Source: Candidatus Latescibacterota bacterium
Lineage (GTDB): Bacteria > Latescibacterota > UBA2968 > UBA8231
Direction of reading: 5' to 3'
Assembly (NCBI GenBank): GCA_965206595.1
Contig: OZ242214.1
Location: 5,856,001-5,920,000 of the forward strand
Length of the DNA stretch: 64,000 nt
A program made the translations under genes and the position numbers. Under the pieces are notes generated by a model. That model was given only the letters and a program-made list of their open reading frames with translations. It was not told the origin of the DNA and searched no databases. Below, in pieces: positions 48,201 through 58,875 of this stretch; the first letter of the stretch is position 1, and each line of letters begins with the position of its first letter.

Positions 48201-48527
48201 AACGAGGAATCGCTGGCGATCTACGATCTTCTGCAGAAACCGGATCTCGGGGCGCGTGACATCAACCGCATCAAAATGGTCTCCATTGAGCTGCTGCGAA
48301 CGTTGAAAGAGGGGAAGCTCCGCGTCGAACAATGGCGCGAAAAGGAGGCGACCCGGGCCGCGGTCAAGGGAGAGATCCAGGACTTCCTGTGGAGCGACGT
48401 AACCGGGCTGCCGCCCGACAGCTACACGGATGACGATGTGCAGGTGAGGGTGGACGGCGTTTTCGGCCACGTATACCGGGCCTACCCTACGGTGCCATCA
48501 CCTTTCTACATGAGCGACGCCGCGTGA
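45273..48527 (+). CDS. hsdR: Type I RM restriction subunit HsdR (second system)
   Basis: ADIVGFVNGLP...ECK, HTQGAGKS, DEAHR, FTGTP, WLTGFD, QAIARANR. Confidence 0.97.
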   Translation: MTPTPYTEDSLVQQTTANYLEQRLGWESIYAYNHEDSGPGSLLGRASGREVVLERTLRANLAELNPGLPASAYDDAVRQITAVSASQTLVAANREKYKLVRDGLQVVFTNDRGKRKTRLLRLFDFAEPANNHFLCVRELWVQGDLYRRRADIVGFVNGLPLLFIECKNIHRDLKAAFEGNYSDYRDTIPHLFHHNAVVMFANGEKANIGSITSRWEHFYEWKRLAEEEPGVVDMETLLKGVCDKRNFMDLVENFILFDDSTGETRKILARNHQFLGVNRAVEAVRDREKRQGRLGVFWHTQGAGKSYSMVMFTRKVHRKLGGNFTFLVLTDRDDLDRQIYKTFAGCGVVDHDRDPCRAADGKHLGRLMAEHKSHVFSLIQKFNLDPGAGYTMRGDIIVISDEAHRTQYGTLALNMRNALPNAGYIGFTGTPLFTEDEITRRVFGEYVSTYDFQRAVEDEATVPLYYDARGDKLGVAIGDLNERIADKLDEFDIEDVDVEQRLEQDLKRDYHVVTAGRRLDQVARDFVQHYSAAWETGKAILVCIDKITCVRMHGLIERYWNERIEELEEEKKWTDDEQEEIYLQRQIEWTRETRMAVVVSEDQGEVAKFRKWELDITPHRKLIKNGMELPESMRRKPQFRRKQRMAVDEAFKAEEHPFRIAIVCAMWLTGFDVPSLSTLYLDKPLKAHTLMQAIARANRVNEGKNNGLIVDYCGILRHLRKALATFAGTADGGGGGGGPGQEIDPVQPGKELLAGLAEAIAMVRAFLEERRAPLDDVIHKTGFERNAAIVACKEAANENDETRKRFEVICREVFRKFKACINLRGVNAYRGDRAAIDAVYRSLQQDREQADITDIIRALHGVVDEAIDLRQERTRDSHRDPLDISRIDFDRLKREFEGSPAKRTTVQSLKEAVEERLRRLLARNPLRTDFQRHFEEIVREYNREKERVTIEHTFEALLNLVKELDEEEKRALNMGLNEESLAIYDLLQKPDLGARDINRIKMVSIELLRTLKEGKLRVEQWREKEATRAAVKGEIQDFLWSDVTGLPPDSYTDDDVQVRVDGVFGHVYRAYPTVPSPFYMSDAA

Positions 48528-48705
48528 ACTTCCGCGGCCCGCAACAGGCCCTGGCCGGGGTTGATTTTTCGCGGCTCGCGGCCAAAGTTCCCCACATGGC
48601 CGCGGCGCGGACTGGCCGGCCGATACCTGCCCAGCAGCGCCGGGCTCAAACCGCGGACCGGGAAGCGCCCGTAGCTCGTTCCGCCATAGCGGCAGGGGAT
48701 TCGAA

Positions 48706-49173
48706 ATGACTGAAAAAGCGATGTTCGGTGCCGGCTGTTTCTGGGGGGTGGAGGCCGCCTTCCTCGAGGTTCCCGGGGTCGTCGACGTCGCCTCCGGCTA
48801 TTCCGGTGGCCGCACCGACAACCCGACCTACCGGCAGGTGTGCAGCGACACCACCGGCCATGCCGAGGTGGTCGAGATCGACTTCGATCCCGAGAAGGTC
48901 TCCTACGAGCGGCTCGTCGAGATCTTCTTCGACATCCACGATCCCACCACCCTGAACAGGCAGGGGCCGGACTTCGGCTCGCAGTACCGCTCCGCCATCT
49001 ACTACCACACCGCGGAGCAGCGGGACGCGGCGGTGCGGGTCAAGGAGGAACGGGAGGCATCCGGCCGGCACGGCCGCCCCATCGTCACCGAGGTGACCGC
49101 GGCAGGTCCCTTCTACCGCGCCGAGGAGTACCACCAGCGCTACTTCCAGCGGCGCGGCATCGCCCACCATTAG
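48706..49173 (+). CDS. msrA: Peptide methionine sulfoxide reductase A
   Basis: GCFWG, GHAEVV, HDPT..NRQG.D.GSQYRS, AEEYHQ.Y. Confidence 0.97.
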   Translation: MTEKAMFGAGCFWGVEAAFLEVPGVVDVASGYSGGRTDNPTYRQVCSDTTGHAEVVEIDFDPEKVSYERLVEIFFDIHDPTTLNRQGPDFGSQYRSAIYYHTAEQRDAAVRVKEEREASGRHGRPIVTEVTAAGPFYRAEEYHQRYFQRRGIAHH

Positions 49174-49215
49174 ATCCATCGCATCAGAAGCATCATTCCC
49201 CAGATCGGAGCGGCA

Positions 49216-49314
49216 GTGAACGACAATTCCAGGGCGCTGTGCGAACGGGCGACCCAGCTCATTCCCGGCGGCGTCAACAGCCCGGTGGGCGCTTTCAAGG
49301 CGGAGGGAAAGTGA
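49216..49314 (+). pseudogene. Diverged duplicate of the hemL 5' end (32-codon mini-ORF)
   Basis: 76/88 nt identical to 49311-49398; its TGA overlaps the hemL GTG. Confidence 0.9.
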
Positions 49315-50594
49315 ACGACAACTCCAGGGCGCTGTACGCACGCGCGACGAAGTTCATCCCGGGCGGCGTCAACAGCCCGGTGCGGGCCTTCAAGGCGGTC
49401 GGCGGGGACCCCCTCTTCATCCGCGAGGCGGACGGCCCCTACGTCGTCGACGCCGACGGCAGGCGCTACATCGACTACGTCGGCTCCTGGGGGCCGATGA
49501 TTCTCGGGCACCGCCCGCCGGCCGTGATCGAGGCGCTGGCCGGGGTGCTCGGCCGCGGCACCAGCTTCGGCGCCCCGACCGACATCGAGGTGGAGATGGC
49601 CGCCCTGGTCGCCGAGGTCGTGCCGTCGGTGGAGAAGGTGCGCATGGTCAACTCCGGCACCGAGGCCTGCATGACCGCGGTCCGCCTGGCCCGGGGGTTC
49701 ACCGGCCGCGACGTGGTGCTGAAGTTCAACGGCTGCTACCACGGCCACTCCGACAGCCTGCTGGTCGACGCCGGCAGCGGCGTCGCCACCTTCGGCATCG
49801 CCGGCAGCCCCGGAGTCCCCGCCGATGTCGCCCGCCTCACCGCCAGCATCGAGTTCAACGACCTCGACCTGCTGGGGCGGTCGATCGCAAGCGTCGGGCC
49901 CGGCAACGTCGCCGCGGTGATCCTCGAGCCGGTGCCGGGCAACATGGGACTGGTGCTGCCGCATCCCGGTTTTCTGCAAGGGGTGCGGGGTTTGTGCAGC
50001 GAGCACGGCATCCTGCTGATCTTCGACGAGGTGATGACCGGGTTCCGCGTCGGCCTGGGAGGGGCCCAGGAACGCTTCGGCGTCACGCCCGACCTGTGCA
50101 CCTTTTCCAAGGTCATCGGGGGCGGCCTGCCGGTCGGCGCCTTCGGGGGCAGGGCCGACATCATGGACGCGCTGGCCCCGGCCGGCCCGGTGTACCAGGC
50201 AGGGACCCTGTCGGGAAACCCCCTCGCCATGACCGCAGGGCTGGCGACCTTGCGCTGCCTCCGCGACCAGGACCCCTACCGGGAGCTGGAGGAGCGCGGC
50301 GCCCAGTGGGTCGCCGGCATGAGGGAAGCTGCTACCGCCGCCGGGGTCGAGGCCGTGGTCGATCACTGCGGCTCGATGGTCGGCCTGTTTTTCAGCTCCG
50401 GCCCGGTCTCCAACTACGCCGACGTCCTGCGCGCCGACACCGGGTTGTTCCAGCGCTACTTCCGCGGCATGCTGGAGGAGGGGATCTACATCGCCCCCTC
50501 CGCCTTCGAGGTCGGGTTCATATCGACGACGCACACCTCCGAACTGGTGGATGAAACCGTCGCCGCGGCCGGCCGCGTGCTGTCGCGGCTGTAG
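49311..50594 (+). CDS. hemL: Glutamate-1-semialdehyde 2,1-aminomutase
   Basis: PGGVNSPVRAF, SWGP.ILGH, NSGTEA, FDEVMTGFR, KVIGGG.P, YQAGTLSGNP. Confidence 0.97.
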   Translation: MNDNSRALYARATKFIPGGVNSPVRAFKAVGGDPLFIREADGPYVVDADGRRYIDYVGSWGPMILGHRPPAVIEALAGVLGRGTSFGAPTDIEVEMAALVAEVVPSVEKVRMVNSGTEACMTAVRLARGFTGRDVVLKFNGCYHGHSDSLLVDAGSGVATFGIAGSPGVPADVARLTASIEFNDLDLLGRSIASVGPGNVAAVILEPVPGNMGLVLPHPGFLQGVRGLCSEHGILLIFDEVMTGFRVGLGGAQERFGVTPDLCTFSKVIGGGLPVGAFGGRADIMDALAPAGPVYQAGTLSGNPLAMTAGLATLRCLRDQDPYRELEERGAQWVAGMREAATAAGVEAVVDHCGSMVGLFFSSGPVSNYADVLRADTGLFQRYFRGMLEEGIYIAPSAFEVGFISTTHTSELVDETVAAAGRVLSRL

Positions 50595-50652
50595 CCGGGT
50601 TCTCAGCGCGGCATAAAGCCTTTTCCGTGCCGGGGGCAACGCGACCTGCGAT

Positions 50653-50681
50653 TTGCCTGACTTGCGCCGCGGCAATACGTT
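50653..50681 (+). promoter_or_regulatory. Candidate sigma70 promoter for the DEAD-box helicase
   Basis: TTGCCT-N17-TACGTT about 140 nt upstream of the ATG. Confidence 0.35.
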
Positions 50682-50822
50682 TGCAGACAGCTTTAAAGCT
50701 CACCTACCCAATCCTTCCGCGATTTCCAGCGTCACTTCTCGGCTCCAATTCGACCTGTTTTGGTGGTATCTCCCGAGGTCACGTCGCCGTTTATCCCGGG
50801 TCCCACTGAAACAGGAGTCGTC

Positions 50823-52067
<1,245 letters not shown>

Positions 52068-52206
52068 ACGGTCCCCGGATGAACGGATGATGAACCGTTC
52101 CCGCCTGCGCTGCATTTGACCGAACCGCTCCATGTTTCCCTGCCGGTTGCACACGCGGCAGGTGTTTCTTCTCCTGCTCAATACATCTCAGGAAAGGACT
52201 GACTCG

Positions 52207-52776
52207 ATGAAGAAATCCACACTTGCACTGCTCGCTGCCTTCGCCACCACCGCTTTTTCGGTATCCGCCGAGGAGGGTGGCGAGATGCCCGCCGAAGGGG
52301 AAGGCTCCATGCATCCCCCGCCTTACGTCGGCTCGCCGGAGTTCGAGCGGATGAAAGCGCTAGCCGGCAGCTGGGTGGTGACCGAGGGCATGCCGAAGGG
52401 CGAGGGAGCCGAAGGCACGAAGGAGATGATGGTCGCGGCCGAGTACCGCGTCGCCGCCAACGGCAGCGTCGTCGTCGAGCGCAACTTCCCGAACACGCCG
52501 AAGGAGATGATCTCCGTGTACCACGACCGCGGCGGCAAGCTGTCGATGACCCACTACTGCGCCATGGGCAATCAGCCGCAGATGAGCCTTACCAGCTCCG
52601 CGGACGGGGTGATGACCTTCGAGCTGGTGAAGGGCTCCCTCGAAGCGGAAGAAATGCCGCACATGAACTCCGTGTCGATTGCCTTCGAAGGGGGGGACGA
52701 GATGTCCCAGACCTGGTCGATGTTCGATGGCAGCGGGCAGATGGCGCACGCCATGACCTTCCGCCGCGCCCAATAG
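52207..52776 (+). CDS. Secreted hypothetical protein
   Basis: MKK plus hydrophobic signal peptide; conserved-looking THYC..GNQP.M motif. Confidence 0.75.
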   Translation: MKKSTLALLAAFATTAFSVSAEEGGEMPAEGEGSMHPPPYVGSPEFERMKALAGSWVVTEGMPKGEGAEGTKEMMVAAEYRVAANGSVVVERNFPNTPKEMISVYHDRGGKLSMTHYCAMGNQPQMSLTSSADGVMTFELVKGSLEAEEMPHMNSVSIAFEGGDEMSQTWSMFDGSGQMAHAMTFRRAQ

Positions 52777-52802
52777 TTCAGTTTAGTCCCGTTCCAATTG
52801 CA

Positions 52803-52840
52803 CCCGCCGTGACCGAAGCTTGCGTCGCGGCGGGTTTTTT
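52803..52840 (+). terminator. Intrinsic terminator
   Basis: CCCGCCGTGAC...GTCGCGGCGGG followed by TTTTTT. Confidence 0.85.
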
Positions 52841-52855
52841 CATGTAATGCCAGTA

Positions 52856-52996
52856 ATGCCCGAGCGTCCGAACATCATCCTGATCACGACCGATCAGCAG
52901 CGCGGAGACTGTGTCGGCCGCGGGGGATCGAAGCAAAAACGGATTGCGAGCTGGTTGAAGCCGAACCGACTACCTGACAGGATGGGGACCGAATGA
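52856..52996 (+). pseudogene. Sulfatase N-terminal stub
   Basis: MPERPNIILITTDQQRGDCVG, then unrelated sequence; TGA overlaps the next ATG. Confidence 0.8.
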
Positions 52997-54469
52997 GAGC
53001 GGTAATGGTGATGTTCGACTCGCTGAACCGGCACATGCTGCCTCCCTACGGCTGCGACTGGACGCACGCGCCCAACTTCCGGCGGCTCGCCGAGCGCACC
53101 GTCACCTTCGACAACAGCTACATCTGCTCGATGCCCTGCATGCCGGCGCGCCACGACCTGCATACCGGGCGCCCCAATTTCCTGCACCGGGCCTGGGGGC
53201 CGCTGGAGCCGTTCGACGACTCGGTCCCGCGCCTGCTGCGCGACAGCGGCGTTTCCTCGCACCTGGTCAGCGACCACTACCACTACTGGGAAGCCGGCGG
53301 CGCCACCTACCACACGCAGTACTCGACCTGGCAGTTCTTCCGCGGCCAGGAGGGAGACCCGTGGATGGGGCAGGCGGCCCCGGCTCCTCCCGGCCCGGCC
53401 GCGGGTCAGAACGCCTCGGAGAGCGGCTGGCACCGCCAGGACCGGGTCAACCGCGGCTTCATGGGCCGCGAGCAGGACCAGCCGCAGTCGCAGACCTTCG
53501 CCGCCGGCATCGACTTCCTGCGCCGCAACAGCGGCGAGGACGACTGGTTTCTGCAGATCGAGACCTTCGACCCGCACGAGCCGTTCTTCACGCAGCGGCA
53601 CTACCAGGACCTCTACCCCGAGCTGATCCGGGACCGCGCGGCGCCCCTGTTCGACTGGCCTGCCTACGGACCGGTGACCGAGCCGCGGGAGCTGGTCGAT
53701 CAGTGCCGTGGCCGCTACGCGGCGCTGCTGAGCATGTGCGACGCCCGTCTCGGGGATGTGCTCGACGAGATGGACCGCCTCGAGATGTGGGAGGACACGA
53801 TGCTCGTCGTCTGGACCGACCACGGGTTCCTGCTGGGGGAGCGGGATCTCTGGGCCAAGGGTCAGATGCCCTGGTATCGCGAGCATGCCAACACCCCGTT
53901 TTTCGTATGGGACCCCCGTTGCGGCAAAAGCGGCGAACGCCGCAGCTCGCTGGTGCAGCCGTCCATCGACCTGGGGCCGACCCTGCTCGACCTGTTCGGC
54001 CTCGAGCCGGCCCCCGACATGCTCGGGCGGCCGCTTGCCGGTGTCGTCGACGGCGACCGTCCCGTAAGGGAGGCCCGCCCTCTTCGGGGTTCACGGCGGG
54101 CACGTCAACGTCACCGACGGCCGCCACGTGTACATGCGCGCGTCTGCCACCGATGACAACGGCCCGCTCTTCAACTACACCCTGATGCCCGCCCACATGC
54201 GCGACATGTTCCCCGTGCAGGAGTTTGCCGGCATGGAGCTGGCGTCCCCCTTTTCCTTCACCAAGGGATGCCGGCCGATGCGCATCCCCTGCCTCAAGCC
54301 GCCCCCGTCGATCAGCTTCGAGACGCTGCTCTTCGACCTCGAAAGCGACGAGTGGCAACGGCGGCCGCTCACCGATGCCGGAGTGGAAGATCGCATGTCC
54401 GGCCTGATGCGGGGGTTGATGCGGGAATGCGACGCCCCGGGCGAGCAATACGAACGCCTCGGACTGTAA
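52993..54469 (+). pseudogene. Sulfatase, +1 frameshift near 54075
   Basis: FDSLNR, CMPAR (CxPxR), DPHEP, TDHG. After an extra C the frame continues ALFGVHGGHVNVTDGR.VYMR...EQYERLGL*. Confidence 0.88.
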
Positions 54470-54484
54470 GGACCCCTTTTACCC

Positions 54485-54676
54485 GTGATCGACAGTCTCG
54501 TCCGCTACCTCGAGTCCCTTGTGCGCAGCGACGCCCTCGAGATCGTCCTCGCCGTCGCCGCCATCCTCGCCTGGTGGTTCGCCGCCAGGGTGCGGCGCGC
54601 ACTGCGCCTGCTGAACGGCGAGGACCCTGCGGCTCCTGCCGAGCCGCGGCCGCGCCGGCGCCTGCCCCTCTCCTGA
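54485..54676 (+). CDS. Small single-pass membrane protein
   Basis: 63 aa with one hydrophobic helix; host-like codon usage. Confidence 0.45.
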   Translation: MIDSLVRYLESLVRSDALEIVLAVAAILAWWFAARVRRALRLLNGEDPAAPAEPRPRRRLPLS

Positions 54677-54694
54677 CCGCACGCGGGTTTGCCG

Positions 54695-55900
54695 ATGGAA
54701 CAGGACCGGATTCGCGAGCGCTGCGAGGCGATGTCGGACCGCGAGCTGCTCCTCGCCGCGACCCTGCGCCGCGGGGAGAACAGCCAGCGGTTCCGCGAGG
54801 AGGCCCTGCGCCACCTCAAGCGCCGCGGGATCGACATCGACGAGTTCACCGGCCGCGCCCGCGTGCGTGTCGACGACGGCGAGGCGCAGACGCTGCCGGA
54901 CGCCAGGGCGGTCGAGCTCCTCGGCCACGCCGAACCCTGGCAGACCCTTTCGTTCGTCAGCTGCGTCGGCGACAGCCTGCTGGTGCAGCGCGAGCCGCGG
55001 CAGTGGTGGTGCCATTTCTACGACGGGGACACCTATCGCGGCTCCTTCCGCTGTCGCGCCGGCGAGGAGGTCGCCGGGGTCCTGCGCCCTTTCCTGAATC
55101 TCGAACCCTGGGACGGTGGGGCCGGCGAACTGCAACGGCTCGACGACTGGTCCCTCCTCATCGATTCCGACGCCGTCGATTTCATCGAGTCGATCGCCCT
55201 CGACCTCGACGACGCCGGCATCCCGCACACGGTGAGAATGCCGCTGTTCGACGGGGGAGCCGGGGAAGAGGAAGGGGAGGTGTACGCCCTCCTGGTGCCG
55301 CGGCAGCACTTCGGCGAGGCCTTCGACGCCATCGAGGAGGTGGAGGAGACCATTGTCGACCTCTACGAGGAAGCCGAGGAGCTTGCGGCCCGGGGCAACC
55401 TCTCCGCTGAGCTCGAGGTGTACGACGAGCTCGTCGAGACCGACCCGGAGAACCATGCGGTGTTCTACAACCGCGGCCACATACTCCTGGAGCTCGGGCG
55501 CTGGGAAGAGGCGGCCGCGGCCCTGATCGAGGCGGTCTCAATCGGCATGCAGCGGGCCGACAAGTCGCTGCAGCCGGAACAGAGGGGGGCGGCCGGGATC
55601 GGCGGCCTGGCCGGGCTGCTGGCCTTCCTGCTGCGGCGCGAGGTCGCCGCCCCCTCGGCCTCCGCTTATCCCGACTACATCGACGACAGCGAGATGCTGC
55701 TGGAGCGGCTGCTGCAGAGGCTGCCCGAAAGCGTCGAGATACTGCATTGCCTCGCCTCCATCGCCCGCCTCAAGAACCGGCGGGAAGCCGCGGAAGCCCA
55801 CTACCGGCGGGTGCTGGAGATAGATCCGGAGGACAAGGTCGCCTGGTTCAACCTCGGCTACATGCACTCCGAAAAGGGGGGCGACGCGACCTCGGGCTGA
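54695..55900 (+). CDS. Tetratricopeptide repeat protein
   Basis: YNRGHILLELGRWEEA and YRRVLEIDPEDKVAWFNLG TPR-like motifs. Confidence 0.8.
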   Translation: MEQDRIRERCEAMSDRELLLAATLRRGENSQRFREEALRHLKRRGIDIDEFTGRARVRVDDGEAQTLPDARAVELLGHAEPWQTLSFVSCVGDSLLVQREPRQWWCHFYDGDTYRGSFRCRAGEEVAGVLRPFLNLEPWDGGAGELQRLDDWSLLIDSDAVDFIESIALDLDDAGIPHTVRMPLFDGGAGEEEGEVYALLVPRQHFGEAFDAIEEVEETIVDLYEEAEELAARGNLSAELEVYDELVETDPENHAVFYNRGHILLELGRWEEAAAALIEAVSIGMQRADKSLQPEQRGAAGIGGLAGLLAFLLRREVAAPSASAYPDYIDDSEMLLERLLQRLPESVEILHCLASIARLKNRREAAEAHYRRVLEIDPEDKVAWFNLGYMHSEKGGDATSG

Positions 55901-56096
55901 AGTTGCCGCACGCCGCGGCGGGCCGTACCGTTAGCAGCCCGTTGATATAGTTGCTCTGCAGTCGAGTCCGAGTCATGGCGGTCGAAGGCAAGGCGCGCGA
56001 CTGAGTCGAATCGAGGGATTCGGGGAGGGAGCGCAACGCCGGCCGCAGCCCGGATGGACTTTTTCAACGGGCCGTTTAGCCCGAGGAGGACGAGAC

Positions 56097-56858
56097 ATGG
56101 CGGGTGTCGCGCAATCTATCTGTTACGGCTGCTTTGCCGGCGGCGAGCTGTCGGGCGAGGAGGTGATCGCCGAGGCCGCCCGCATCGGCTATCGCTCCGT
56201 CGAGATGCTGCCCGGGGAGCTGTGGCCGCTGGTGCGCAGGCACGGCATGGAGATCGCCGCGGTGAGTGGCCACGCATCCCTGCCGGACGGGCTCAACAAG
56301 CGCGAGAACCACGACCGTATCGAGGCGGAGCTGCTCGCCAACATCGACGCCGCCGCGGAGAACGGGATCGCCGCCCTGATCTGCTTCTCCGGGAACCGCG
56401 AGGGCAAGTCGGAGGAGGAAGGTCTCGCCAACACCGCGGCCGGCCTCCAACGGGTCGCCGCCGCAGCCGAGAGGAAGGGGATCTCCCTGGTCCTCGAGCT
56501 GCTCAACAGCAAGGTCAACCACCCCGACTACCAGTGCGACAGCACCTCCTGGGGTATCGAGGTCTGCCGGCGCGTCGGCTCCGACAGGGTCAGGCTGCTC
56601 TACGACATCTACCACATGCAGATCATGGAGGGGGACCTGATCCGCACGATTGCCGACAACATCGGCTTCATCGCCCACTTCCACACCGCCGGCAACCCGG
56701 GCCGTAACGACCTCGACGAAGAGCAGGAGATCTTTTACCCGCCGATCATGCGGGCCATCGCCGCCACCGGGTACGGCGGCTTCGTCGGCCACGAGTTCGT
56801 CCCGAAGGGGGCGGTCGCCGCGGCCATGCGGGCCGCCTTCGAGACCTGCAACGTATAG
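56097..56858 (+). CDS. Hydroxypyruvate isomerase family TIM-barrel protein
   Basis: ELLNSKVNHPDY, LYDIYHMQIMEGD, HTAGNPGR, GHEF. Confidence 0.9.
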   Translation: MAGVAQSICYGCFAGGELSGEEVIAEAARIGYRSVEMLPGELWPLVRRHGMEIAAVSGHASLPDGLNKRENHDRIEAELLANIDAAAENGIAALICFSGNREGKSEEEGLANTAAGLQRVAAAAERKGISLVLELLNSKVNHPDYQCDSTSWGIEVCRRVGSDRVRLLYDIYHMQIMEGDLIRTIADNIGFIAHFHTAGNPGRNDLDEEQEIFYPPIMRAIAATGYGGFVGHEFVPKGAVAAAMRAAFETCNV

Positions 56859-57047
56859 TGGGTTCCGGGTACCCTCTTCGATTGCAGGAGCCGGCCGCAG
56901 ACCAGATGCAGTTTTTCGACAGGCAGCCGACCAAGTCCCGACGGAGCCCGGTGCCGCCTCCTGCGAAGCGGGCGCCTCGACACTCCGAATCCAGCCAGTA
57001 ACGTGCGGAGAGGACGGATTCCGCATTTCATCCCAGGAAAAACCGAG

Positions 57048-58094
57048 ATGACCGATCCGACCCCGTTTCTCGATTCCACCGCCGTCGCCGAGGACGGCCC
57101 GGAGCTGCGCCGGCGCATGCAGCGGGACGGCTACCTGTTCGTGCGCGGTCTGCTGCCCTCCGATGACCTCGAGCCTTTGCGGCTGAGGTTCCTCGAGATC
57201 ACCCGCGACGCCGGCTGGGTGGCGCGCGACCAGCCGCTCGCCGAGGCGGTCGCCGACCTCGACGGCTTCTGCGTCGAGCCGCAGCCGGAGTACATGTCGA
57301 TCTACGCCGAGATGTACAAGGTGCAGGAGTTCCACGCCCTCCAGCACCACCCCGCCATCCTCGGCCTGCTGGAGCGCATGTGCGGCGAACCCGAAGGTGG
57401 GAACGGCAAGGAAGGGCCGGTGGTGATCCCGCATCCGCGCATCATAGGGCGCACCATGTTTCCTCAGCGCGAGGCCTACACTACCCCGGCTCACCAGGAC
57501 TTCGTGCCGATTCAGGGCACCGCCGACACTTGGACCGCCTGGTTCCCCCTGCACGATCTGAAGCCGGAAATGGGCGGCCTTCAGGTCGCCGAAGGGTCGC
57601 ATACATCCGGGGTGTACGAGTTTCGCCCCGCCCTCGGAGCGGGTGGATTGGAGATAGTCGACCCGCTCGAGGGACGCTGGCGCAGCAACCCCATGAACCA
57701 GGGGGACGTGCTGTTCTTCCACAGCCTGTGTGTGCACAAGGGGGTGGCCAACACCGGCCGCAACCTGCGGCAGTCGATCGACGCGCGCTTCCAGCGGCTC
57801 CGCGACACCATCGAGGAGAAGAGCCTGGTGCCCCACGTCAGCCCGGTGACCTGGGAGGAGATCTACGCCGGCTGGCCGAACGAAGACTACCAGTACTACT
57901 GGAAGGAATGGGACCTGGATTTCACCGAATACGACTACAGCTACAACCAGGAGCGGGACCGGCTCGCCTTCGAGATGGCCGCGGCCGGCGACGGGCGCGC
58001 CCGCTCGGCCCTGCAGCGGATCGTCGCCCGCGACGCCGACCCGGAAAAGCGGCAGCGGGCCGAAGCGGCCCTGGTTTCTCTGGACGCCTCCTAA
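57048..58094 (+). CDS. Phytanoyl-CoA dioxygenase (PhyH) family
   Basis: DGYLFVRG, AHQD, GSH, GDVLFFHS..VH, R.SID.R. Confidence 0.88.
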   Translation: MTDPTPFLDSTAVAEDGPELRRRMQRDGYLFVRGLLPSDDLEPLRLRFLEITRDAGWVARDQPLAEAVADLDGFCVEPQPEYMSIYAEMYKVQEFHALQHHPAILGLLERMCGEPEGGNGKEGPVVIPHPRIIGRTMFPQREAYTTPAHQDFVPIQGTADTWTAWFPLHDLKPEMGGLQVAEGSHTSGVYEFRPALGAGGLEIVDPLEGRWRSNPMNQGDVLFFHSLCVHKGVANTGRNLRQSIDARFQRLRDTIEEKSLVPHVSPVTWEEIYAGWPNEDYQYYWKEWDLDFTEYDYSYNQERDRLAFEMAAAGDGRARSALQRIVARDADPEKRQRAEAALVSLDAS

Positions 58095-58115
58095 GTTCCA
58101 CGGGGTGTTATCCGT

Positions 58116-58151
58116 ATGAAACTCGAAGGCAAGATGAAACTCGAAGGCAAG
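58116..58151 (+). repeat. Perfect 18-bp tandem duplication of the start region (ATGAAACTCGAAGGCAAG x2)
   Basis: Seen directly; encodes MKLEGKMKLEGK. Confidence 0.95.
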
Positions 58152-58859
58152 GTGGTCCTGATAACGGGAGGGGGTTCCGGCGCCGGCGCCGGGATCGCCG
58201 AGGTATGCGCCCGCGAAGGGGCTCAGGTGGTGGTCACAGGGCGCACCGCCGGCAAGCTCGAGTCGGTCTGTGCCGAGATCGGCAGGGGCTGCGCCGGCTT
58301 CGCCGCCGACGTAATTGACCGCGCCCGCGTCGCCGAGCTCGTCGACTGGGTGATGTCGCAGTGGGGCCGGATCGACGTGCTCGTCAACAACGCCGGCGTC
58401 AACGTGACGGAGCGCAAGCTCGCGGAGATGACCCTCGAAAGCTGGGATTTCGTCCTCGACACCAACGCCACCGGGGCCTACAACCTCGTGCACGCGGTGC
58501 TGCCCCACATGCGCGCCCGCGGCGAGGGGCATATCGTCAGCATCTGCTCGACCGCCGGCACCTACGCCAGCCCGATCGCCGGCATGGCCTACAGCGCCTC
58601 CAAGCACGCCATGGCGGTGATGACCAAGTTCATCGACCACGAAGAGGCTGCCCACGGGGTCAGGGCGACGGTCATTTCCCCGGGCGAGATCAACACCCCC
58701 ATCCTCGACACCCGGCCGGTCAAGGTCAGCGACGAGCACAAGGCCCGCATCCTGCAGCCCGAGGACATCGGCGCGGCCGTCCTCTACGCGGTGACACAGC
58801 CTCCCAACGTCTGCGTCACCGAGATGGTCATAAAGCCCCGCGGTCAGGGTCTGATCTGA
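58116..58859 (+). CDS. Short-chain dehydrogenase/reductase
   Basis: TGGGSGAG, NNAG, YSASK. Confidence 0.93.
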   Translation: MKLEGKMKLEGKVVLITGGGSGAGAGIAEVCAREGAQVVVTGRTAGKLESVCAEIGRGCAGFAADVIDRARVAELVDWVMSQWGRIDVLVNNAGVNVTERKLAEMTLESWDFVLDTNATGAYNLVHAVLPHMRARGEGHIVSICSTAGTYASPIAGMAYSASKHAMAVMTKFIDHEEAAHGVRATVISPGEINTPILDTRPVKVSDEHKARILQPEDIGAAVLYAVTQPPNVCVTEMVIKPRGQGLI

Positions 58860-58875
58860 CCCCGGGAAAACCCGG

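Noticed and set aside
48685-48705. tRNA-like GGGATTCGAA at the island right end (possible att site)
   Set aside because: No cloverleaf and no partner repeat found at the left boundary.
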